Positions 40,101-52,433 of a stretch of 64,000 nt of DNA are shown piece after piece. The position numbers and the translations under genes were made by a program. Each line of letters starts with the position of its first letter. The stretch's first letter is position 1. Origin of the DNA: Balanoglossus misakiensis (taxonomy: Eukaryota > Animalia > Hemichordata); the NCBI GenBank assembly GCA_040954595.2, contig CM082584.2:8509146-8573145 (forward strand), in the 5' to 3' direction. The notes beneath the pieces are model-generated. The model worked only from the letters and a program-made list of their open reading frames with translations. It had not been told where the DNA came from and did not search any database.

Positions 40101-43100
40101 ATTCTCAGACTGAGAACTCTGTAGCAAGAGAAACTGTCAATTTTCCACGATTGGGGGCGGAGCTTGTATCACGTGGACTTGTTGCATGTATTGGTACTCT
40201 CCTCGACATCCAGAGGCAGAAGAGACATGGCGGTTGAACTGTGAGGACCGTGCTCTCGGTTGCGGTGATCTGAATTCGCACTTTACCTCTATATTTCTTA
40301 TATTTTCGTTCAAACCCTTCTCCACGTTTGTGGGAACACTTTGTCTGTAACCTCTGAGAGTTTTAGTTGTCTACGGATCGTAATTCCGAGGTTTTTCTTG
40401 GTATTTGTGTGAGCGCAACGCTCAGGTCAGTCGGTCGGTCTTTTCAGCACGTCTCTTAGCGCACGTTCTGCCGTGCACAAGGTCAATCGAACCAGGGCTT
40501 GTAACGGACCGGTCTACGCCGTCAAGGCTCGACCGTGCTACGTTTACGCTACCGTAGAGTTGGCTGTTGGTCCAAGGTTCGTCATTCACTAAAGCTTGAC
40601 AATTTTCAGGGACCTCAGTCCGACATAATTTCCGTTACATTATATTTAAGTAATAGCGTATTACACTACCAACATAGCGGTCTTTTTTAATTTTCTGTTT
40701 TGCTTGAAATGTCTCACAGAAAAGTAGGGTCATGAGGCTGGTGATAGGTTACAACACACACAAGTTCGTCTTACCGCGGTACACACATTCGGGCCAGTAT
40801 TCATCTTCGCTACCTATGCAGTTGGAGTGCGTATCACACACGTGGACTGCATCGATGCAGAAACTACTGTTACACTTGAAGAATCCTTCGGGACATTCAC
40901 CTTTCTCGTCGGCAAACACTAAAAAAATATACAAAACAACAAACTCTCAGTGGACAATCAGTTTTGACAATTACAACTTCTCAGAACATTGTCATTCGAT
41001 GTAAAGAATATGACTATACGCCATAGCGCAGACATAAATGCCTTGAAAGAAGTTTGTTTTTCGGTATGGGGGATATACATACACTTATTGGTTTGCCAAC
41101 TTACCATTTTGGCCTTCACACAAGCCGCAGCTTAACCTGCAACAGCTTTTCATGAACATGCTATTTGTTTCACACTCCCCTCTTTGAGCCCAGTTCGGGC
41201 AGAGCTCATTGCAGTCGGTGCAGTATACTATGACGTGAGAAAGAGGAAAACGTGTCAAGTTTGACAAGCGTAGCAATGGTCATTGCCCGGAAAGATTGTA
41301 TTTTAGATCAACAGCGTGTAATCTTTCACTGTAAATGTATAAGGAGGACGTCTCGAAAATGTATGATGCCTGTACATGTATATCATATATGGAGATATAG
41401 AGCAATGTGATTCGCGGCCATGAGTGACTGCGTAGGTGGGTGTCTCTGCTGAACACGACCCATAAAGACTTGCGCAAGTGTCTCATACCATGGTTTTAGG
41501 AAATGTCTATGAGACCAACAAGGTGCGTGTAACACCAGTCATGACTTACTATTATTTGTACAATCCTTTTCGTCCGAATGGTCTCCACAATCAATGTAAC
41601 TATTGCATCTCTTCCAACCTGCTATGCACTCACTATTGGAACATCGGAACTCCTCTGCCGTACACTCTCCTGGCCAATAATGAAAACAAATAAATTTGTT
41701 TCACCATTTTTCGATATGTGGTCTGTCTGTGTGTCTTTCGCAACTTTCGCATTTGTCATGCTTACATGGGTAAAACTGATTTCTGCTTTGTCTAGGCTAA
41801 GTTCACATGCTAATGGCAAAGATTGCGTTGGCTTTTACACTCACGATGAACAACACGCCTCAAACACTGTGTATACGTTTCACGATACGAAAATACTCAC
41901 GATAAACACACGTCGCCTCGTCGCTGTTATCGCCGCAGTCGTCTCTCCAGTTGCAAACGGCTTCTTCTTTAATACAGCGGTGATTGTCGCATTTAAACTC
42001 CCATGGTTGACAGTCACCTGACCAAGTCAGAACGAAGTAAAATGACAGTTAGCAATTCCCAAGACATTCGCTTGGGTTGCACCATTATCACTCCGAGCTC
42101 TCTACTTATATATGACCACTATCTACAGTGTTTGGTGTGCCTGTACTTTGGAATTTCATAAGTGGTTGATAGGCACAAAACTACTTACGAAATTTGCAAC
42201 CTTCTTCATCTGTTCCATCGACGCAATCGGAGACGTAATTACACTTGGCCTCTAGTGGTTGGCAGAGCCCGTCGTCACAATAAAACCCAGTACAGTGGTT
42301 AGGACTGGCGTTTTTATAATCTGAATATGATAGGAAGTATATACATCAGGAAGTATATACAAAGTGCATATCGACAAACCAACGGAAGACATATGTCTAA
42401 CAACCGAGACTGCCTTGCGCCCCTAATCATATACAGTAAGTGTTTTTATGGAAAGGGTTTAACTGTGCATGTACGTCGAACATACCGCAGTTGACTTCGT
42501 CTTCGCCCTGGTAGCAATCTTCAATGCCATCGCATCTTTTGGTCCTTGGGATGCATATTCCCATCTGTCCGCCACTGGCACATTTGAACTGGTCCCTGCT
42601 ACACGCATAATGGTTGTACTCACAACCGAACTCGTCACTCGTATCTGGACAGTGGTAGATTCCATCGCAGACGAGAAATCTTTTTACACAGTGAATGCCT
42701 GAATTGCATTTGAAATCTCCAGGTTCGCACGGCACTGTACCAAAACAAATTAAAACGGAATGCATTGTGTATTGTTAAGTTAAAGAGCTGAAACGATAGT
42801 TCACTATTATACTGCCTAAATGAACAAATGTGAAAGACCTTGGCCATTATTTTGAATATGGCTTTATAGAAATCTGTACAACACATACATACACACATGC
42901 ACACATACATACATGCACACATGAATAAATGCTTGTATGTATACGCACATGCATACATGAACTGAACCAGCGATTCAATCGTGTCTTACCATAGTAAGGA
43001 GTGAAGTCTCCATGTTGTATCATGGCCACGAACTTGAAGTATCGACTATTTTCCAAAGCGGAAACTTTCAGTTTGTTCGTGTTGCAGATGGTTACAGCGG

Positions 43101-46100
43101 GGAACACTAGTTCTGAATTGGGAACTTCGGTGATGCTGATGTCAATCGGGAAAGTCAGATAACGCATCAACATTGTGCTACCTTGCCACAGGAAGAAAGC
43201 TAACGCAGTGGCGCAGACGATGGCCCACACACTCATGGCCCCCTTTGTTTTGGCGGCGCAGATTCTAGGCAACCCATGCCACGTGGTGTTGCTGGCAAAA
43301 TCCCGGGTCAATGAGCTCAGTTCATTGTACGCTGACGAGCTTTTCGCCCCTCTTGCCGATGTGATTCCGCTGTCGTCGCCCTCTATGTTGCCGAGTTCAT
43401 CTATGCCATCTACATAGTTGTCTCTGTCATGTCTACGCCCTCTACGTCTGACTTCACTGAAATAAAAAGAAACCCATTGATTATCATTGCCCGTTTTGCG
43501 TTTGGCAATAGCTTTATATTAGTAGATCTTTTGTATCGGTAAGAGCAATTATTTTTTACAGGTGGCTGTTTCATAATTACTTTGCCGTATTATCAGGATC
43601 CGTCTTGTCTGTGGGAATAACATGTTCTTCGGCTAGTTCTATTTCATAGTGTGATTCCTGTAAGATGAAACCATTGTGAGAGGATGAATACATCATAGTC
43701 AAGTGAAGCACAGTTTTAAATATATCATAATTAACTGCGATGTAATTTAACGGGGTTGCCATGAACGAACGAACAATGAAACGTTTAGACTCTCACCTCA
43801 CTCGTCTGCTTCGATTCCACAGGCTTCGATCGGCGACGTCGGCAAAGCACCAACGTCATTGTGATGGCCCAGATTATCAAAATGAAGCTTAACTGGGCTA
43901 AAATTATCACTAGAGCTAAATGAAGAGAGACGAGAAAATTGGAAACCGAGTGTCTTCAGTGTGTAAAGGAATGGATAAATAATTGAAAGAATATACACAC
44001 ACACATTTGTTCTGCGGCTATAAGAATGTATACGATGCACAGCAGACGAAAGAAGCTGAATATCATACCCAAATGCCAGGAACAAGTTTTTCCAAGCCAG
44101 GCCCACGAACAACTACAGGTAAATTCACTGCAGTCGTTCTCAAGTTCCATGCAGTCTCCACCGTGGTTACAAGGCGAGCTTGCACACGCTCCTTCATCTG
44201 TTGATGTGAAGAGACGGAAAAGGGTTATACATTTAATATTATTCTGTGGTCGCTGATGGCAACACAGTCTGGGATCCACATGGGCATAAATCACGTGCTA
44301 TTTCTGATTACATTGCCTCATAATCGACCAGACACAAACATTATTGTAACTAAAATATATAGAACAATGCATGGTATTAGGGGTTATGCCTCGACTATTA
44401 CAACAACTTCTCATATAGACCGCCGCGCCTTGGATGACAAAATATGCCAATTGGAAGCACACTCCGAAAAGCACTGATCCATAAACTGAACAAACTTACC
44501 GACTTCGCAGTTGTCCCCAGAAAAACACCTTTTACATTCACAGATATGTTCTGTACACAATTGAGGGTCAGTAGTACATACGCCATCGTTCACACATGGA
44601 TTAGACTCGCAGGGGTCAATGGCTGAAATTGAAAGAGATTGTTGTGACACTTAAAATGCAGTGTTGCCTTGGACAGACAATGGGAAATCTTGGTCTATAT
44701 TCGCAAATCCATAAATGCATGCCAACCAACCAACCAACCGAGCAAACAAACGAACAAACAAATATTTCAAAAATACGACGGAATTTGGGGGTGAGGATAA
44801 GGTCCCACGATTCATATCAGATTGTTGTCTAAAGAAGTCGACAGTGTTCCCAAGTGACTATTCCGAAAAGTTTCAGGTGACATTCTAATTGGTGGAAATA
44901 CCTTGTTCACAAAATGTCCCGGTGTAACACGCCGGGCATTCACAGACGTATTCCATGCAAGATTCAGGACTGGATACACATACCCCTCCGTTGCGGCAAG
45001 GAGTGAAAAAGAGACACGGGTCGTGTACGTCTGAAAAAGAACAAACAAACAAACAGCATTAACATTTTGATCAAACGGGTGTGGTATTTGCTTTCAAAAT
45101 TACTGTAGTCGAAAGTGAAATTACCCCTCAGACAGGAACTGTATTCCATAACCCAGGTTGCAACATGTTTGCCACATCTAATCCACCAATGACCGTGTCT
45201 GTCCTGATCACGTGCCATTTGTATACAGGTGCAAACTATCGGCCGGCTGATGACGTCACATTTGCCGGGACTTGTTGCACAACACAACATTCTGTATCAC
45301 TCACATTTTTCACAGTTTTGTCCAGCATAACACTCGTCGCAAACACAGGAGTACTTGATGCACGACTGACTGTCTCTGTAACATAACCCGTGCTCCCCAC
45401 AAGGATTGCCTTCGCACGGACTCATCACTACAGGCGGAAAAAAACACATCAGCATAACCCTCATTAAAAATGTTCACAGCACGACAATGAAAATTGCAGC
45501 GTCCATGAAGTAGCATTTAAACAGTAAAATGTCTCAGAAATGTTTTGGTGTAACATGTTCAACGACGTAACATGACTTACACACGCTGCAGTCGGCGCCG
45601 GTGTAACATCCGGGACACGTGCAGGTATAATTGCAGGCAGAGGCGTCACGTAAACATTGACCACGCCCACACGGATTGGGATAACATGGATCGAACCCTG
45701 CAAAGTGATGACAATTTGATTAAAAAAATATTTTGTTCCTCATAGAGAGATAGAGACAGAGACAGACAGAGTAAAGAGACAAGGGAGGGAGAGTTAGAGA
45801 GTGGGGGAGAGAGACATACAGACAGAAACACTGAGGAATTGAAAGAATGACACTTACGTTGTTGACAGTTCTTCCCGACGAAGCAGCCCTGGTCATTTCT
45901 GCAAAAGCAGTCGTACGCTTGGCAAGAGTTGTCGTCGCGCGGAGTGCATTCCGTCTCGAAGCCGTCTTTCCGACAGGGATCCTCGGCACAAGGGTCCATG
46001 TCTGAAAGTGACACAAAACGTTGCATTATCTCAAAATATGGAGGCCATGTGTTACATACACTATATAAGTATAGAAACGTTGACAGGAATACTTAAACGT

Positions 46101-49100
46101 GCATACTGTAAGACAACGATCGACGAGTAATTAGTATGATATGAAAGAAAGGGTTAACATCTTTGTTACTTCCCCGATTATTTCATCTTACCAATTTCGC
46201 AGCGCTCGCCACCATAGCAACCGTCACATCTACAAATGTAATCGTCGCACGTCCCGCTCTTCACTTCGCACTTCCCGGAGTTTAAACAGGGCTGTGTGTC
46301 GCACACATTTAGCGCTGCCAAAACAAGTAGAAAGTAAAGCAATCAGCTATAGATACACACCACATTTCCTGAGCAAGAACACAAAGCTTCTCACGACATG
46401 TATTGATTCTGTATTAGTCTGTGCACGAGAATAGCATGTTTTGGTAAATATGCAAATGGCAGATTGTGTGCATTTTAATGGGAAAAAGAATCACAATTCT
46501 ATGCAAACATCATATAACACGCGCTCATCTATTTTGGGCTACGCTCCGACATTTACTTTTATGTGTTCCAAGACACTAACAAGTCAAATATTGTGCTTGG
46601 TTTTTGGACAGGACGCCGTAAATCAACCAAAAAGCTGAAAAAAGCCAAGCAAATTGACACTTACATGTTTCACAGTCACTTCCCGTGTAGCATGGTGGGC
46701 AGAAACATACATAAGCGGAGTATATACTGATGACAACCTGACAGGTACCACCGTTATGACACGGTTGGGAAATGCAAGGGTTTTCGCCTGCAAACAATTC
46801 AAAAACAATGTCTCAAAAATTACAATTAATCATTTTACTAACGCCTCCCAGTTTTTTTTTTCAACCACACACAACTTCCATCCCGCTTGTATGATATGAA
46901 AGTAAAAAATCGCCCAAAATGAATAAATGGTACAGACCGATTATTCATTTTATGCAGGAAAATTCGCATTGTAAACGGTTCATATACCCGTTTGGTTTCA
47001 CTTACTCGTCTGACGTTGAAGGCTGGTCCGCATATAAACATGTCCGGCCTCGTCCAAGGCTTGCAAGGATATCGTGTAATGCGTGGCAGACCGCAGTTCG
47101 GTGAACGAGTACTCGCCCTCTAATCCCCCGGAAGTGACGTTTATCGGGAAGGCCTCGGCAGCGTCCGGTTCGATGTCGAGTGTGTAGCCGCTCGGCGGTT
47201 CGGCATTTCCGGCGGCTCCAGACCTGATCACTCTCCAGCTCACCATTATGACGCTGGGACTGACGTGTGTCATGATTAACTCCAGCCCCTCTGGCGATGC
47301 TTCTCCTGTAAATAAGAACAAACGGCCCTGTTAGCATGGTGGTCGTATGAAACAAAATCGAACGGGAATCTAAATATTGATTTTCAATGTTTGATTTCTA
47401 CGTAATCTGATATACGCCCAAGAGCAGATGGAAATAAAATGTTTAGCTAATTTCACAATAGAGTGAATGTGGATTGCGAATTTGGTTTATTTCCTTTTTT
47501 TATATTTTCATAAGGGCATATTATATTGATATTGTCACGGAATTGCTAGGTCAACGCCGCACACAAGACTCATATCTCAAGAAATGCGACTTTTTCCTGA
47601 TTCTCAGACTGAGATACCCTGTAGCAGGAGAAACTGTCAATTTTCCACGATTGGGGGCGGAGCTTGGCCGCACACAAGACTCATACCTCAAGAAATGCGA
47701 CTTTTTCCTGATTCTCAGACTGAGACACCCTATAGTAGGCGAAACTGTCAATTTTCCACGATTGGGGCGGTGCTTGTATCACGTGGGCTTGTTGCATGTA
47801 TAGTGACTCCCCTCGACATCCAAAAGCAGACGAGACATGGCGGTTGAACTGTGAGGACCGTCCTCTCGGTTGCGGTGATCTGAATTCGCACTTTACCTCT
47901 ATCTTTCTTATATTTTCCTTCAAACCCTTCTCCACGTTTGTGGGAACACCTTTTCTGTAACCTCTGAGAGGTTTAGTTGTCTACGGATCGTAATTCCGAG
48001 GTTTTTCTTGGTATTTGTGTGAGCGCAACGCTCAGGTCGGTCGGTCGGTCTTTTCAGCACATCTCTTAGCGCACGTTCTGCCGTGCGCAAGGTGAATCGA
48101 ACCAGGACTTGTAACGGACCGGTCTACGCCGTCAAGGCTCGATCGTGCTACGTTTACGCTACCGTTGAGTTGGCTGTTTGGTCCAAGGCTCGTGATTCAC
48201 TAAGGATTGACAATTTTCGGGACCTCGGTCCGACATAATTCCCGTTACAATATTGATGTATAAACAATACTTTGTTGCGAATCTTACGACATACATGTAC
48301 AATATTAATAATAGCCAAAGCCTGGTAAATTTTAAAGCATGTTGAGAAAAATAGGAGAATGTTGGTGATAATTATAATAGCGTTTTTTGAGTTATTTTCG
48401 TAACTGGAGGGTGGTCAAATCATCACATTAGGTCTATAACTAGCGGGTGTTGCATATTATATGATTTAGGTGACTTTGCACTGCTAGCATCTAAATTGTC
48501 CCATGAGAACTTTCCACAGGTTATTTTCAATTATTTGTATAATGACAGGTTTAGCAAAATTTCATGAATTAAAATCGCATTATTGGTATTGTATTGATTA
48601 AAACGGGTGAATGATTCTCAGATCATCTGTCACAACTAATGAAAAAACCTTGCGTCCAAACTGTTATTAGATATGCAAATTCGATTGATGTATCTTCACA
48701 TCTGTGCGCCCTGAATGTAAACTACCGTAATGATATTGAAAGTGAAGTAAACAATGGACCTACGCCATTTGCATGACACACTCATTTTCTAAGGGAATAA
48801 TGATGTGCCATTTTGATAATTATCACCAGTCCAGTGTCGTTATTAAACCCATCATGAATATTCACCGCCAATTGATGCCCAGTCGCTCATCTGAGGTACG
48901 CTGGCTACAAAAACACGACCTTGCGTTGGTGAGAATATTCGTTAGATCACCAAAGTAACTTGTAGCTATACGGACAACGAACGTCTCTATCTCGTACGTT
49001 ACCCATACATGGGGATGGTTGCGTTTGGCTTTTCAGTATACTATTCTCGTTGTCGTCGGTCTGTTTTGTTTTGTGCTTTTCTCGTTAATCTTGAATTATT

Positions 49101-50273
49101 ATGACCCCTACAGTGACGGCACATGCGTATTTTGGACATCGTAAGGTCGTTTCGATCGCCACCTGTTTGAAGCGTCAGTGATTGGAAATGTGCCAGTAAT
49201 GCAACTCGCACGTTGGTCGTTACGACCGATTTTCCATCTCTGCTTCAAATTTTCAAAGCCTGAAAACTTGACCGATTTTTCAGGTAAATTGAATTTTGAC
49301 GACACGTTACAGATCCGGGTGAACATCAGTTCTGGCATTCATTTTTGTGTGAAAATTAGTTCTCCTATTTGAGGTAGTGATACCGACAGTAAAAACGCTT
49401 CATAATGTAAAAAAGAAGAATCCTATAATAAGCCGTGCATGAACCTAATGCCGTTTAGAATAATGATTTATGAGGGCAATATTATTACGCCTACGAAGAC
49501 GGCAATGCATAATTGATAACATAATTGAAATGCTTCTTCTGACCAAAATTGTCGATAGATTATATCAACAATAGCCATAACAATTGTACGTACCTGCACA
49601 AACGATCGGATAAGTCACAAACGACTAAATTAGCATACATATAAATATTCAATGTGATCATTAAGTTACCTTCATAAATCAACACATGACTACATGTATT
49701 CGAAGATAACCCTCGGCAATAAAAATGAGACACTAAGGCGTATTTTCATTAGTGTCATGTGTGTCTGTCTTTTAAAAAATAAAATTTGATTCCCGTGTTT
49801 TCTTAGTTTTAAAAATTGAAAGAAACGACACAGTGATGACAATTAGTAAGCCTTCGCATCATATAGTTAGACACAAAACAGAAAATTATTGAACCGTATC
49901 ACAAATGATGGTTTGACACACTGTGAAAAGAACAGGCCATTTTGGGTATTTTTGGTTCTAAAAGTACATGGACGAGAAGAGTCACCATGTAAATGGTACT
50001 TGCAGACCCACGTGGTTTACTAGTACATGTAAATACCGCTGTGATAAGCTTTACAGCGACCGTTCTCTATGCGTGTGAACATCATTACATGTGATTCCAC
50101 CGTTTTACAATGTATGAATTATTATAGTAAGGTCGCAGTACAAAGTTAGCACGGTGTCAGCAATTCACCGAAAGGTGCTTACCGTTTTGGGGCAGCTGGG
50201 CCCACAACCCCGGCAGACACAGGGTAACAACAAGCGGGAAGATCAACTGTGAAAAGCGAACGGGTGTCATCAT
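37125..50273 (-). CDS. DEG/ENaC (ASC family) sodium channel with N-terminal signal peptide-FN3-8xEGF-extra TM, and 5 LDLa plus 1 ShKT inserted in the ectodomain; 27 exons
   Basis: Channel core: FASNTTWHG and TM1 plus [10 protein letters not shown] (43456-42990), [34 protein letters not shown]...GVRVAIH, Cys-rich thumb, and [15 protein letters not shown]2 (37328-37125). Other exons: signal 50273-50183, FN3 47305-47006, eight EGF exons 46787-44069, TM0 43915-43797, linker 43657-43581, LDLa 42734-42486 (two domains), 42320-42189, 42017-41901, 40918-40775, ShKT 41227-41105. Every intron is GT-AG and phase-compatible. Confidence 0.88.
39924..40639. mobile_element. Solo LTR, copy 1, intronic
   Basis: TG(C)CACGG...CCGTTACA termini, about 716 bp, highly similar to 47533-48249, with an internal 110-bp tandem duplication. 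No clear target-site duplication. Confidence 0.8.
47533..48249. mobile_element. Solo LTR, copy 2, probably Ty3/Gypsy-type, intronic
   Basis: TGTCACGG...CCGTTACA termini with a perfect 4-bp target-site duplication ATAT (47529-47532 and 48250-48253). Same orientation as copy 1. Confidence 0.85.
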
Positions 50274-52353
50274 GTCCACACTACTTGTGCACCACCTGCA
50301 TCAGTCGCGACGTCACTGGAACAGTCACCGGGGGTCGCTGCACGTATGATGCGTTCTCCGTACCAGCAGATCGCTTAAAATGACGATTTGAGGGTCTTAG
50401 CCGTGGCATAACTAATAATACGTGCAAAGTTGGCGGCGAAATGCCCTAGTTGGGGATCGTACCACCAGACTGAACAGGTCGTGCGTGATCATCTACCAAA
50501 GCCATTGTGTTATTTGCGTAAATTCATCATTCGTACACTAGTATACGGGTCGCGGGATAATTATGTATTTACATACAGGTCGCAGCTGACAATAGATTCA
50601 TCACGTGACAAGATATGCCTTACATCATAGCTGAAACTCGTATCAGGGAACCACACTTTGCATTATTAGCTCACGTATGTTCACACTCGTGAATTGTTTG
50701 ACAGGTGTCTGTCTCTCCGTCCGTTCGGCTGTGTGTGTGTGTGTCTGTATGTCTGTCTGTCAGAATAACACTTAGGATTGCGACCTCTCCTGGACATTAG
50801 GGAGACGATGAGAAAAAGGATTGTGGTTGTTTTTTGGCTCAAGGGCACAAAATCCTGGCCATGTCCAGGACTCGAACTCGCATTGCCCTACTACTTGGGA
50901 AAATCGATACCTTCACTACTTTGACTGTTACCCATGATAATTACAATGCTTCTCCAACAGTTAGCCGTGAGGGTAACCACTGAATTCTTGACTAAATGGC
51001 AGCTTTTGTTCATGATTATTCATCATGCGCAAAGGAAATCTAATCTGCCGGTTTTGTCCTCTGACGAGCTTTGTTCTTGTACGCTGGCTTGAAGCTGAAT
51101 GTGTTCAGTCTTTAGAAGTGTTGTGTCCGCGAGAAAGGGGAGGGTTGAATGGGTGAATGGGGACAACCAAGGTTCGTCGTCCGAAAGTGGCGCATTGTTA
51201 AATTTATGGCTTAGTCATGTACATTGTACCAGGCTCTGAGTGAGATCATGTCACCCACACCGTGCCAGGTACCGGTAAACTCATTCAAACGGCAACAGTC
51301 ACAGAGGTCGTACGACCCACATTCAAAATTGTGGTGAAAGGTACCACTCGGACGAATTGAAACGTGTGAAAGTCGCAATACAGTTCAAAGACAACTTGCA
51401 CAGAAAAAAATAGTTCGTCTATCCCACAAACGTCTGAATATGAAGGAGTAGAACTCTAACGGGTCTCAAGTGTTCCCTGGGACGTTTTAAAACGTGGAGA
51501 GAAAAAAGACAATCCAACCATAAAGTTCAACCGCGACGTGAGCAACACAGACAAACGTTCAAATCTGTACCATGCACGCCATAAAAAAATACAATCTTCG
51601 TGTGTTAGATATTAGGTCATCCTTTCCTTTTGTGCAGCGCACGTTGACCAACACGTCATGCGTCACCACAACTGGGTCAACATTGCTCCAACGGAAGCGG
51701 GGTCCGTCTTACTACAACAGCGGGCGACATTTGTTTGCATCAACAGAAATAAACGAACACTTCGCCATGGAAACTCGCAGGTCCACACAAAGAGGTGTCT
51801 GGTTTGTCTTGGTAAACTACTGAGTCGTCGCTATGGCAGACGCGTTGAAATCTTTCTCCTCTTTGTCATGCAAAGTCGCACGTTCCTGACACGGATTGTA
51901 CTCGCACAAACATCACATTTCTGTCTTTTTTTCGAATCATTGAAAAAAGCCTGGACAGCATGTATATGTAAAAATAATGGTGCAACCACCACCATCACTT
52001 ACACTGCTGACGGGAAAATTGCTTTGGGAGAATCCTAGCAAATTATCTTTATACATGTAATGCGCCCTGGAAGAAATTTTGACGATTTGTTTTCAAAGTC
52101 ATCTCACCAACAACCGCAGCATGCGTATGTCTAAATTTAAATTCTTTCCATCTGAAGACTATAATTTGAATCTGTTTCGTATAAATAGTTTCAAGTCGAT
52201 AACAGAAAATATGTCTTGACGCACTTTTATTATTTTAGAATACAAAAGCAGGCGTGCCTGTATTAACGTATTTACCTGAGCGACAGGCAAATACCAGTAC
52301 AGTCACGCATGCGCATGATCTAGGATCTCGCTGAACTCCATTGACAGCATTTC

Positions 52354-52433
52354 TATAAAAACCGAGAGCCAAAGCGACGACAGTCTTATTCCTTCGCTGG
52401 CTATAGAGCGAGAGGCTGCCAAAAGCAGGAGCG
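52354..52433 (+). promoter_or_regulatory. TATA box, initiator and non-coding first exon of the GPI-protein gene
   Basis: TATAAAA at 52354-52360, Inr-like CAGT about 27 bp downstream, and donor G|GTGAGT at 52434. NRF1-like CGCATGCGCA near 52306. Confidence 0.55.

Noticed and set aside
39947-40166. CRISPR-like repeats
   Set aside because: Eukaryotic context; two contiguous 110-bp units with no spacers and no cas genes.
39924-48249. A full-length LTR retrotransposon between the two LTR copies
   Set aside because: The interior holds host channel exons with no gag or pol, and copy 2 has its own target-site duplication.
50855-50930. tRNA-like B box (GTTCGAGTCC) on the minus strand
   Set aside because: No convincing cloverleaf or A box; at best a decayed SINE fragment.
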